IMG/VR virus record: IMGVR_UViG_3300017909_004705
From: a virus
Taxonomy: Duplodnaviria; Caudoviricetes
Length of the DNA: 64,000 nt
Strand: one strand, 5' to 3'
The first letter of the stretch is position 1. Each line of letters opens with the position of its first letter. Shown piece after piece: positions 27,989-39,300 of the stretch. Position numbers and translations under genes: made by a program. Below the pieces are notes generated by a model, which saw only the letters and a program-made list of their open reading frames with translations, ran no database searches and had not been told where the DNA came from.

Positions 27989-29402
27989 TCAGTATATTAA
28001 CATTTTTATCATGTATCTGTCTATCATGATCCTGCCAATTACTAAAAATATCTTCGCCGTGGTTGATTAGTTCTTGCTGTTCGCTTAATTCGAAGTAATC
28101 TGTGAATTCTGTTCCATTAATTATGATTCTTCTGTTTTCGTTACCGAACACATAAACAATCACTTCATCATCACCTAATGCAACACCTAGTCTACTGTCT
28201 TGAACCCGTACCCATGCACCGTCTTCTTTGACCATGTGTGTGCCAGAAACTTGTATTCCATTGTAGTCATATAAGTTGTCTATCAAGAATTTACCTGTTG
28301 CGAACACTTTGCCTCCTACTGAAACCTCATCACCTATGTCAACTTGCTCGACCGGTTTCAAAGAACCGTCTGCCATGGATATCATGGTGCCTGCTATGAA
28401 ACAACCACCGCCCGATCCTGTAGAACCTGATGCTGATCCTCCTGATGCGTTTCCAAACCCTGCTGATGTGCTTATGAAGTTTATTCCGCTGTTGAACAAT
28501 GCCTTCCAAGAACCACCAATTTTAACATATCCTGCTGTTATTCTTTTCCATACATTGTTGACTTTGAAGAAAGCGTCATTGATGCCTTTCCATGTGCCAC
28601 CAACTTTAAATTTACCTTCTACACTTGTATTGAATATCACTACTGCAAGACCGTCTGCTCCAGATCCACTAGGATTGCCGCCTACTGCAACTCCTGATTG
28701 ATAGTAGGCATTATCTGTTCCGCCTGGTGTTACTCCAGAACCGTTGCTTTCTGTGCCACCTGCCGCTGTGTTTGATCCTGATGTACCACCGGTACCACCG
28801 TTGTCACCTGAACCACCGTTACCACCAGTACCTCCGTCAGTACCCCCTCCACCGGCACCTGCACCACCTCCGTCTCCAGAGTGTCCTGCACCGTTTTCTC
28901 CCAGTGTGCCTGGTGAGTTAGATGTTGCTGAATTTGAGTTGGAACCTGATGTACCGTTCGAGGCAATACCAGCACCTGCTCCACCACCGCCTCCTCCAGC
29001 GGTTGCTATTTCGTTTCCGTCGACTAATACTACTGTGGCACCTCCGCCACCGCCGCCTGAGCCTGATGAACCACGTGGACCTGATGAACCACCAGTACCA
29101 CCCGAGTACCCTGCTATGCTTTTGCCGTTTGTTCCACCTGGGGCACCACCGCCACCACCTCCACCGGCTCCACCGCCGCCTACTGCGACAGTCATTGTCT
29201 TGCCAATGTTGGATGTCATTGAAATTGCTGTTGCAGAAACGTGATGTCCTGCGGCGCCTGTGCCTCCCGGGCCACCTCGGTCACCGCCACCACCGCCACC
29301 AGCGCCACCCCATAGGTGTACGTCAATTGATTGTGTGCCAGGTGGTATTTCGACCTGTCGAAGTGTTCCTGAGTATAAAAAAGTATTAACTATTGCCGCC
29401 AT
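27981..29402 (-). CDS. Glycine-rich adhesin-like virion protein with C-terminal Hint domain
   Basis: Polyglycine repeats, three K[VI]xxxWK hairpins, then GGG|CFIAGTMISMADGS...SGTH (Hint blocks A and B), Cys codon at 28401-28403. Confidence 0.8.
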   Translation of the reverse strand: MAAIVNTFLYSGTLRQVEIPPGTQSIDVHLWGGAGGGGGGDRGGPGGTGAAGHHVSATAISMTSNIGKTMTVAVGGGGAGGGGGGGAPGGTNGKSIAGYSGGTGGSSGPRGSSGSGGGGGGATVVLVDGNEIATAGGGGGGAGAGIASNGTSGSNSNSATSNSPGTLGENGAGHSGDGGGAGAGGGGTDGGTGGNGGSGDNGGTGGTSGSNTAAGGTESNGSGVTPGGTDNAYYQSGVAVGGNPSGSGADGLAVVIFNTSVEGKFKVGGTWKGINDAFFKVNNVWKRITAGYVKIGGSWKALFNSGINFISTSAGFGNASGGSASGSTGSGGGCFIAGTMISMADGSLKPVEQVDIGDEVSVGGKVFATGKFLIDNLYDYNGIQVSGTHMVKEDGAWVRVQDSRLGVALGDDEVIVYVFGNENRRIIINGTEFTDYFELSEQQELINHGEDIFSNWQDHDRQIHDKNVNILNA

Positions 29403-29406
29403 GGGA

Positions 29407-30846
29407 TTAGCTCTCCCTTACGAACCAAAGATCCCCGTTTGAGCCTTGACCAGATGTAGGTGCTGAGGTCTCAACGTATCTGTTACCTGCTATGCTGTTG
29501 CTACCGTCGTCGGATATTGTAGAGCCACCCCATAATTTTAGTGATTTGGTTACCTGCCCTAGCGTTGTTACATCTGCACTTGTTGTTGACGATGAAGAAG
29601 TGATGTCAGATCCAACAGCGGCCAATGTCAATGTCGTGACTTTAAGGTTACCTGTTGACGAATCTGTTATCAGAGGTTTTGTGCCTTTGTTAGCATCACC
29701 GTCGTCTGTCGCGTCTAACAGTCTTAACACTTGCGAGTATGTTCCACCTGAACCTGCTGTCCAGTGGTTCTCAGATGCGTCCCAGAATATTCTTGCGTCA
29801 TCTGTGTCTGGAGTCTCAACTATGAATCCTGCATCAACGTCTCCACCACTGGAGTTGACCTTGATGAATGTGTCTGTGTGTTCTGATATGTTGGATGAAG
29901 TGTAACTGTATGCACCACTAACATTCAAATTTCCTGTGATTGTCACATCACCTGTGATGTCAACACCACCATCGGCACCTGTCAATGTCAAAGGTGTTTT
30001 TGTGCTACCACCATCGTTGACTGTGAATTTTAGATCCTTGTCCTGTGATGTCTGTGCAATAGTGACATCATTGCTCGAAACTGAAATTGTCAATTCTTGT
30101 GCGTCACCTACCACAACTCCTGTGTCATTGTCTACCGTCAATGACCCTGTTGTAGTGTCATTGGCATCCGCTCTCAGAAAGTTACCACCGGCTATGACCG
30201 TGGCTGAAGTGTTTGACGTGCCTGAAACATCTATGTTTGCCGCCTGTGTGTTGGTTCCTTCGAACACCGCACTCAAAGTCGAGTTCAGTGTGAAGCCTGC
30301 TTTGATCTCCGCAAATCCCGACTGTGACACACTTGGTGTGAAAGTTTCTTTGGAAAGTATCGCCACCCTAGTGTTGCCCACGTACATCGAAGATACGACC
30401 TTGTCTCCACCTGCACTAGCCAGTGTCTCGATCTTCCAACCTGACAGTGTCTGCCCTGCTGTGTATACTGGGCCAACCAGCACGAATGCTGATCCTGTGT
30501 ACACATACAGTTGGTCATCTGTTGAATTGTGCCAAAGATCTCCTGCTGATGCTGAAGTTGGTGCTGATGCCTGGGACTTCGCCGCACCCGTTGGTTTGAA
30601 TGCTGATCCGTCGTAAACTTTCAACTGTGCTGTGTTGGTGTCGAACCAAAGTTCACCCCTCAGAGGTGAAGTTGGAGCCGACGTGCTGGCCGCGTTTTCC
30701 AATAATTTTACTAAATTTTCGTTAAGGCCTTCACCAAAACCCGAGAAGCTCTTTCCAAACAACTGCAACGAAGTGGTGTTATCGACCGTTCCGTCCGTGA
30801 TTGTTGTTACTACTGTTCCGTCTGTTTTGTTAATTGTGTACGCCAT
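29407..30846 (-). CDS. Tail fibre protein
   Basis: Same N-terminal module as 24482 and 30871; C-terminal APTSGQGSNGDLWF. Confidence 0.75.
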   Translation of the reverse strand: MAYTINKTDGTVVTTITDGTVDNTTSLQLFGKSFSGFGEGLNENLVKLLENAASTSAPTSPLRGELWFDTNTAQLKVYDGSAFKPTGAAKSQASAPTSASAGDLWHNSTDDQLYVYTGSAFVLVGPVYTAGQTLSGWKIETLASAGGDKVVSSMYVGNTRVAILSKETFTPSVSQSGFAEIKAGFTLNSTLSAVFEGTNTQAANIDVSGTSNTSATVIAGGNFLRADANDTTTGSLTVDNDTGVVVGDAQELTISVSSNDVTIAQTSQDKDLKFTVNDGGSTKTPLTLTGADGGVDITGDVTITGNLNVSGAYSYTSSNISEHTDTFIKVNSSGGDVDAGFIVETPDTDDARIFWDASENHWTAGSGGTYSQVLRLLDATDDGDANKGTKPLITDSSTGNLKVTTLTLAAVGSDITSSSSTTSADVTTLGQVTKSLKLWGGSTISDDGSNSIAGNRYVETSAPTSGQGSNGDLWFVRES

Positions 30847-30870
30847 TTCTTATATTTACCTCATCTTTTT

Positions 30871-32571
30871 TTAATTTAGAACCGTCTGACTTGTAAAATA
30901 AGTTTGTGTTTCAAAACTGAAAATTACAAACATGTGTTTGCCGTTAGTAGTTGAACCATCACCGACTGTAACAGTGGACTGGGTTACCCCATCTACCTGA
31001 AATACTATTTCCCTAATCGTTGCTGTCTGTGTAACTACTGTTAAGAATTTTATTGTTCCGTTTTGAATATTTGTAAAATTCAAGGTAACGTCAGCGTTTA
31101 CAAACACTTCGGCGTATCTTGAATTAGACATGTCTATAGTTTGATTAGTTGTAACTCCAGCACTAATTGTTCCTTTAGACTGAACTTCACCAATTATGCT
31201 GTCTGCTGTGAAATTTCCTTGAACTTGTAAATCATCGTTAATCGTCACAGCACTTGAATCTGTTGCACTTAATGACGTGCCTGTTATAGATAATCCGTCA
31301 AGCACAACCGCACCTGTTCCTGAACCTTTTAGCACAAGGTTGTCATTTGATCTACTTGCTACTATCTCATTATCATTTATCGTTACACCTTGGCTTTTAA
31401 TCTCTGTTGCATCTAATGTGTCAAAGAACGCTGTTGCGAATCTATTTCCGTCTGTACCTAAATTGTGTGTTGAATCTGCACTTGGCAATATGGCTTCTGA
31501 GTTTAATGTTCCTGTAAGAGTACCTCCAGTTAATAAAAGGTTGAGACTTGCTGAGCCTGTCACTGTCCCTGTAACATCTCCTGTTACGTCACCTGTTACA
31601 TCTCCTACCACGTTTCCTGTTATAGGTCCTGTGAATGCTGTTGCGTTTACTGTGCCTGACACATCCAGTTTTGTGGTCGGCGTTAATGTGCCTATCCCTA
31701 TCCTGGCCACCGATCCGTCCATTGTCATCAGCGTGGTTGTTGTACCGCCTGTGTTGACTTTGAAGGTGATATCTGAATCTGATATGATGTTTTGCATCAC
31801 TACACCACTGCTGTCAACAGTCAGTGAGAGATCGTTGTCAACTCCGACCTTGAGTCCGTTATCATTGAGAATTCCTAAAGTTCCTGTTGTGGTATCATTG
31901 GCGTTTGATCTGAGATAATTGGCCGCCGCAACTCCACCTAATGCATCTGCGTCTGTTGACGTGCCTGCAAATTTAAGATCTGATATTGACGTTGATAATG
32001 TGATACCTTTCTTGATTGAAGCAAATCCTGATATGGCCGCTTTTGGCGTGAATTCATCTTCAGATATAATTGCGATCAGGTTTCCGTTGTTAAACAATTT
32101 TGTTACATTCTGATCTGTGTCAGTGTCGTCTGTTATGGTTTCAAATGTGAACCCGTTTGTGTTGGCACCGGCTGAAGTGTTTGGTCCAATTAATATATTT
32201 GACGTTCCGTTGTAGAAAAAAAGTTGTGCTGTGTCTGAATCTATCCAAAGATCACCTGTAACTAGATTGGAAGGTGCGGTTGGACCATACGGCACAGTGT
32301 TACCTGCAGGCACGAAGTTCGAGCCTGTGTAAACTTTTAGTTGTGAAGCACCACTGTCATACCATAACTGTCCTTGAATAGGTTTGCTGGGTGCCGAGCT
32401 GTTGGCAAAATTTTCTAAAAGATGTAAAAAGTTTTCGTGGATTACCTCACCATATCCAGCATAACCTCTTCCAATGAATTTGAGATCAGTCTGTGTGTTC
32501 AGCACACCATCCTGGACGGTGTAAGAGCTGGGCGAAGCAGAACTATTTGTCTTGTCAACTGTGTATGCCAT
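30871..32571 (-). CDS. Tail fibre protein
   Basis: Same N-terminal module; RIGIGTLTPTTKLDVSG and GDVT repeats. Confidence 0.75.
   Translation of the reverse strand: MAYTVDKTNSSASPSSYTVQDGVLNTQTDLKFIGRGYAGYGEVIHENFLHLLENFANSSAPSKPIQGQLWYDSGASQLKVYTGSNFVPAGNTVPYGPTAPSNLVTGDLWIDSDTAQLFFYNGTSNILIGPNTSAGANTNGFTFETITDDTDTDQNVTKLFNNGNLIAIISEDEFTPKAAISGFASIKKGITLSTSISDLKFAGTSTDADALGGVAAANYLRSNANDTTTGTLGILNDNGLKVGVDNDLSLTVDSSGVVMQNIISDSDITFKVNTGGTTTTLMTMDGSVARIGIGTLTPTTKLDVSGTVNATAFTGPITGNVVGDVTGDVTGDVTGTVTGSASLNLLLTGGTLTGTLNSEAILPSADSTHNLGTDGNRFATAFFDTLDATEIKSQGVTINDNEIVASRSNDNLVLKGSGTGAVVLDGLSITGTSLSATDSSAVTINDDLQVQGNFTADSIIGEVQSKGTISAGVTTNQTIDMSNSRYAEVFVNADVTLNFTNIQNGTIKFLTVVTQTATIREIVFQVDGVTQSTVTVGDGSTTNGKHMFVIFSFETQTYFTSQTVLN
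31556..31635 (-). repeat. Degenerate 12-bp coding repeat (G-[DNTP]-[VI]-[TV])n in the fibre shaft
   Basis: FTGPITGNVVGDVTGDVTGDVTGTVTG. Confidence 0.8.
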
Positions 32572-33296
32572 TAGTATCCTGTGTTACCGCCTGAAGTAGT
32601 GCCGCTCACTGTGTTTGAAGTTGTCAGTGCAGTGGAACTAGTCTCAGTAAAAGTAGTCAAACTTTGTATCCTTAGTGTGTAGTCAATTTGTATTAATCTG
32701 TTCAGTGATTTCTGCACTGGATGAAATACAACGTGTGTTAAAAGTTTATTGGTTGAACCATTCTCTGTACCTTCCCAACTTTTCAATCCAAGTTCGTCAA
32801 ATACAAAATCGCCATTGAAATCCGTTGTGTTGTCGAATGCCGCCTGGCCTGTGGGCTCACCGTAGTCCAAGGTGCAAGTGCAAACTATGTCAGTGTACTT
32901 GTTTCCTGCTGTGTGTCTCACTTCCATCTTGTTTCTAGTGGTGTCCTTGTTTGTTGCCGAATTGTCATCTATTACTTTGTAATAAGTCTGATTGTAAAGA
33001 CTTGCGTTGGTTCCTGTTGAGTTAGGTGTAAGATAAGTTATAATTCCTGTGGGATCAACACTGGTTCCACCGTTTCCAAAAGCCATTTCATGCACAAAGC
33101 CTGTGCTTTTATTAGCCAATGAATTGGCCAACGCCTGAGACATGTTTTCATAATGAATTGCATTTCTCTTATCAACGATCACTTCTCCAGTGTCTGGATC
33201 AAAGATCTTGATGTGGCCAGTCATCATAACGCCTGTGTTATCCTGTGGCTTTTTGTTCTCTTCTTTTGTTTCTGTTGGTTTGTTGTCCTGTGTCAT
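32571..33296 (-). CDS. Baseplate/tail-fibre connector-like structural protein
   Basis: FGNGG...FDELGL...LLTHVVFHPVQK pattern; lies between the giant wedge gene and the fibres. Confidence 0.6.
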   Translation of the reverse strand: MTQDNKPTETKEENKKPQDNTGVMMTGHIKIFDPDTGEVIVDKRNAIHYENMSQALANSLANKSTGFVHEMAFGNGGTSVDPTGIITYLTPNSTGTNASLYNQTYYKVIDDNSATNKDTTRNKMEVRHTAGNKYTDIVCTCTLDYGEPTGQAAFDNTTDFNGDFVFDELGLKSWEGTENGSTNKLLTHVVFHPVQKSLNRLIQIDYTLRIQSLTTFTETSSTALTTSNTVSGTTSGGNTGY

Positions 33297-33305
33297 CTAG
33301 TGTAT

Positions 33306-36300
33306 TTATTCAGGTGCGTTTGTGGGCTCATCCGCTATGAATTTAGCCTGTTGAGTGGTCGACGCCTGTAATCCTCTACCATCTGCTGGATTACCATCTT
33401 TGGCTGTATACCAGACCTGTCCTTTCTTGTGTAATATTTTGATCTGTGTGCCTGAAGCCGGTGCTGTGCTTAGAGTCACTGCTGTCGAACTTCCGTCCAC
33501 AGAATAGTTTATAGTTGATCCATCCTCGCTAGTGAGCAACAATCGTTGGCCACCAATGAATATGTCTAACTCACTAGCGGAGGCTGGTGCTTGTGATAGT
33601 GCAAACACTGTTGTACTGCCATCACCTGTGAAGGTGTTGGTGTAAACTGTGTCCGCGTAAGGGATGGTTTGAGTACCAGACGCATCTACCACTTCCGTGC
33701 CTGATCCATGCTCCTTAATTCCTGTTCCAAGTGTTCCACGTTTAAGTTGTCCCAACGTGTTACTTGATTTTGTGAAATATTCTATTCTCTCTTTGTCAAT
33801 AAAGATAACCCCCGGTATTATTGTTTGAACTGAAGATCCGTCTCTACTGATAATGCTTTTTGGATCTGGTAACAATGATCCGTCTTTGACAGTGATTGTT
33901 TTGATACCTGGTGTCATGTCTTGTGTTAATGTCGTAGTTGCAGTTTTAGAGATTCGTTTGTAGAAAGTCCTGTTCAACATGTCTTTGAATATCCTGAATC
34001 CTGTGGCATTTACTGCTGAGTCAACAGCAAAGTACAACACATCCAGCCTGTCAGAGGACGTGATAGTTCTTCCGTTGATGGTTAAAGTGTTACCGCTAAC
34101 TGTGTAGTCACTACCCTGTAATAATTGTTCACCGTTGAGCCAAACAAAAGTGTAACTGGCATTAAGTGTATCAAATCGTAGTTTGAAAACTCCACTGCTT
34201 CTACCCTCTAGAACTTCTCGTCTCTGTTTCATGCCTAAAGCATTGTTGAAAGTAGTGACTGATAAAGTGTCACTTGCACTTAATGAATATGGAGATGTGA
34301 TTGCACTTGGCACAAGAACCAAATCAGCATCAGCACCACCGTCAACGAAATACTGATGGTCGACTAGTGTAGATATACAAATAACGTCAGTCGATGATGG
34401 CACATTCGCTGTGTTAAAATTAACGTTTTGATTGCCTATGTCCACAGTGTAATGAGTGTTTAAGATTTTTTGAACTCCATTGACAAAAACTTCTACTTGA
34501 CTTGCTGATGAAATGGTCTTGGCCGGATCAACAGTAGAATCATCTTCAAGTCCTGCTAACACGCTATAAGTGTAAGTGCTTCCGTCACCTAGATAGTAAG
34601 TGTTATCCGGTCCTCGTAACAGCCTACCATTTAGTTCCACAGTTGTCAGTCCAGATAAAGGACCTATTGCTCCAGGTGGATACGTTAATGCATATCTATT
34701 GGTTGATCCATCATAAGTTATTGACTCATTACGAACACTGGCAAAACTTCTAGTTGATGTTGTGGACTTGTTGAATCCTGCTATCTGCACAAAGGCATCT
34801 GCTTCTGGTGGAGTGTTGAATGTTACAGTGATTGTGTTTGCACTAATCGACGTTGCGTATGCTGTAGTTGGCACTCCGTCTATTGTCACATAGATATCAG
34901 ATGATGTTGAATCAAGATTGAACTCACCCCTGGTTGACGTCAAGAACGCTGTCGTGCTTCCGTCACCAGTGAATGTGTTAAGCACTCTGTAGTTTTCTCC
35001 AGATATGGCAAAGACCTTAGTTGATATTTCACTATGGTTTGCAGGTGCTGTGTCAAATGTAATTGTTTTGTTAGCAACGTCGATGGTGTAGTCTGATATT
35101 GTTGAGTCCAAAGCACTGCCTTTTTGAATCACTCCATCTACTGCTACTGTCACTGATCCCAGTGATCCTGGGAAATCTCCTATGCTGAACACAGTTGTAG
35201 TTCCGTCTCCTCTGTAGTTTCTCTCAGATATAAATGGAACTCCAGACTCTGGCGAGGTATAGACTTTTATGTCCACTGTGTCGAACATCTGTCCTGGCAC
35301 AGTTTCTTCTGGTGCGTAACTCGTATCAGGAGAAACAAACTGATCGCCCTCTAAGACAATGTCACTTGGTGCATGACCAAGTGCCGATGTGAAAAGTCCG
35401 CCCTTCACGATAGAATCGATTGTCCTATCATCTGTCGGAGTCAACACACCGTCATCATCGAAAGGAATAAATTCAACTAATGCGTTCGCTTCTGGAGTTT
35501 CACTGATGCCAAATGTGACCGTTGATCCATCACCTCTGATGACATCGGGAAGTTTTTTCCTTGTACTGTCGTCCTGTGTGATGTAAACTTGAAAAACTTC
35601 TGTTGTGGCCGGCGCAGTGTCAAATGTGTAATCGTTATTGATGCCATCTGCTCTAAATGCCTTGATTCTAGATCCGCCAAATGTGTCGAATGGGAAATCA
35701 TACCAGCCCGATTTGTCCCATCCTGCTTCTTGTGAAAACAATAATCCTGTGACCATTGTTCCGCCATAGTCAACACCTGACATTACCTGATCTAACTCGT
35801 TGCCTGGCATGCCTGCTCCTGGTGTGTAAAAACCTTTTGTTCTGTCAGCGGCCGTAAGTCCAGTTTCATCGCCGTACACCTTGTACACACTGCCGACGTT
35901 GTCGTCGAAGTCTGTTGATGACGTGAATGCATTGGTCACTTTGTAAAGTTGGTTGTTGTATCTCAGTAGGTCATTGTAAGCATAGTTTGTGTTGGACGCC
36001 CAGTCTACAACTCTAGATGTGCTGGAAACCCTGTCAAATTTTATTGTGGTGTCAAAATCTCTTACCAGGTCGTTGGCGAGATTAGCATATGCTCTTGCTG
36101 TGTCTGACGGAGTTGAACCGTCATCGGCACCACCCGTGATAACCACCATTGGAGTGGCTGTGTAATTAGATCCTTTGCCTGTTAGTGTAATTTTTGTTAC
36201 CTTACCGTCTTGTATTGTTGCTGTTGCCGTGGCCGCAGTAATGTCTGGAGTCTCATACATTTTGTAGGCACCCGATCTAGTGCTGGTAGGAGTGATAGTT

Positions 36301-39300
36301 GTACTTGGACCATAAAACAGTCCAGATAAGCCGTCGAAGCCGTAGGTGTTTGTGGTTCCCGAACCTCCGTTTTGACTGTCCCATATTTTTGCTTGAGTCT
36401 CACTACTGAACAAAGGATAAAAGTAACCGTAACTGCCTGATGTTGAACCTCTATTACTAGTTGCTTGGATCTGGAATGGCCCTGTTGATGCCACCGTACC
36501 ACCTACTATGTTTACTGTAGGTGTCTTGGTGTATCCGGATCCACCATCAAAAACTGTTATTGATGAAACATATTTCTTGTGGTAATCGTTCCACATCTGC
36601 CATGGGTATTCAGTCAACTTCGCAGTGTCTAGACTTACATTCAACGGTCTTATTTTTCCTGTACTTGCGTCATAGAAAGTTGGATTGTCAAAGTCTGTGT
36701 ATATACCGTCTTGCGTTTCTGTCTTATCATAACCAAGTCTATACTCTCGCAGTTTAGTATGGAAAGGTTTGACTTCGTTTATGTAATCTTCTATCCAATC
36801 ATCCGTTCCAGTTGTGTAGGTTTTTCTCTGGTCCAGTTCACGCACACTGTTTTTTGCGTTGATAAATGAAGTTTTAAACATCCAGTCTACGTAAGTTTGC
36901 TCTGCGAGAACTTTTCTCAATCCTGTAAAGAACAAAGTGTTGTATTCGATAGCAAGGTTGTTGATAAACAAGTCATCTCTTAAGGCAGTGAGAATATTTC
37001 TTGTTTCAATGCTTGGCTGTTGGTCAAAGAAGTTGTCGTCGAAATTGTCTGCTCCGGCAAATCCTGTTGCGTCCTGCGAATAGTCATAAAGTTTAGTGCT
37101 GAGCCTTATTGTGCCATTTTCTGTACCAACATTTTTGAAACCTGTGGCCGTTTTCATGAACAATTTCCAACCACCTGTGTCCGCGTTTGTTACCTTTACG
37201 TGTTTTCCGATAGCCAGGTCAAGTGTGTCAAGCTCATACTGGAAGGTGACTTGTTTGTCAATCTTCGTGTTCTCGTCGTGGGTCATTGTGCCGTCTGTGT
37301 CGTACCAATCTGTGTAACTCCAGTACGCACTAGTGTTATAGGTCTGTAGTTTTGTTCTCATGAATTCTGTGCCGTCCCATGTGTATATTGCCCAATAGTT
37401 GTTGGCCGTTTCGTCTGCCTTGACCAAATATCTCACACTGCCTGACAAGTCTGCCGTGTTAATATAGGTCAACTCAGCGTATGTGTCAATCGTTGCGTCC
37501 CATTCACCACTCTGTTGCGTTGGCTCAGGCTCCTTCTTGTCTAGGTTGCTTAAATTTATCGTTCCGCTCAACTGATTTTTCTTCAGCACGGTGTTTGCGT
37601 AATCTATGATTTCTTTCAAAGCGGCGTATCTGTCAACGTACCAACTCTGCCTAGGCCTTACATTGTTACCATATCTCTCATTCACAGGTGAGTTAGGGTC
37701 AGGCACTATGTCGCCTGTGCTGTTTGAGCCAATCAAAGAGTCCCACCAACGTGTTTCAACTTGGTGTCCAGGTTTGAAATCGGCATCTCCCTCTCTGGCC
37801 AACTTCCAGACGCTGTGTGCATCACCATCAAAGTCATTTGTCCTTATGTCAACGTTTAGCACGATGTCATCCCCGACAAGGTCATTCACGTTGTAAATCT
37901 GTAATTTGTTGGTGTCCGTTACCGCGTAGTACTTGATGTCAAATGCACTTGGGTTCGCGATAAGATTCGCCACGTATGCCACTGTGTTGATCCTGTGTCC
38001 TGCTCGGTGCCTATGCCTGTCTCCGCCTGAACGTGGTGGCAATGTTGTTTTGCCTTTGACCCAATAGTAATAGACATTGACAAATCTATCTGCCCTTGAA
38101 TCATATATTTGTTTTACCGTGTACTGTTCATCGTTGCCATACAGAGCGGTGCCGGTCACTACTTGATTAGTCTGTCGCCTTAAGTTCCATTCACTTGGCA
38201 ACAGCCTTGACTCTGTCCATTCATACACATCGATACTTGAGCCTGGGAAGGTTCTTCCCCAGTTGTTGTTCTTGTATTCCTGTCCGCCTTGCTCGTACCA
38301 TAGCCATTTTACAGTTGAAAGATCCCACCATACCTCACCTAAGTGATCCTCTGCCCATGGTGTTTTGCTGTTTGCATTATCCCCAACATTGTAGGTTGCT
38401 GGATCCCATGCTGTTTTGATGTCAATCTCTCTGTCTGCCAGTCCCAAAATTCTTCCTTTGACAGGATCATAAAGATCATAATAGTCTCTTATCTGTTTGC
38501 TTTTGTTGTTGAATTCGAACACCTGTCCCAACTTGCTGACGTCTATGAAAGCAGTTTCTGACGCTATGTTCTTCCATGCGAAACTGCCACTGGTTGTCAA
38601 ATCATATCTTATGACTGTTCCGTCATTTTCTACTTTGGTGCTTCCGTCTGATGTCGTGTTCCCGTCGTCCTGTGGAGCACCTACCAACACTGTGTTGTCT
38701 ATCATGCAAACGCCACGCCCAAAGTCATCGTTCTCCGAAACGCTGTCTCCTTCAAGCATGTCATCTATTACAAATTTTGAATTGTACATGGTTGCCGTGA
38801 ATGCACCACCCGAACCAATGTTTAGGTCCACCACGTCAGTGTCCTGCAAGTCGAAAGTTGTTTCACCGGAGTCAAATTTCATTTCTCTGTATGTCGCAAA
38901 TCTTTCAGCACCTATCACTATCCTGTTGCCCGACTGGTTGATGTCAAGGCTGTTACCGAACTTCATGTTGTTCTGTGTCTCTGGTGCCTTAATAGTCTGT
39001 TGAAGTGTGTAAGTGTTTGTTGATCCATCAGCGTTCCATTTGTAGTAGTACACTGCTCCACCATCTATCTGACTAGTGCTACCGTCATCTACTCCTGGTG
39101 CTCCTATTATCAGCGTGGTTCCGTCCTTGCTCATAGCCATCGACTCCCCAAACGCGGTGTTGAGAGAAGATCCATCACTTGACACTCCTGTCAATGTCTG
39201 TGCCAAAACAAAAGAATGTTGTGTGCTTCCGTCGTTGCTCTGCGAGGTCCTTCGGAATATTTCGACCTTGCCGGCATTTCCAGGCGCAAGTGAACTGACG

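Noticed and set aside
27981-28403. Classical protein-splicing intein
   Set aside because: No terminal His-Asn followed by Cys/Ser/Thr and no endonuclease; treated as a cleavage-type Hint domain
28276-30874. Pro-rich and other + strand ORFs opposite the Gly-rich and fibre genes (similar shadow ORFs occur throughout the window)
   Set aside because: Antisense shadows of biased codon usage, with no motifs or translation signals
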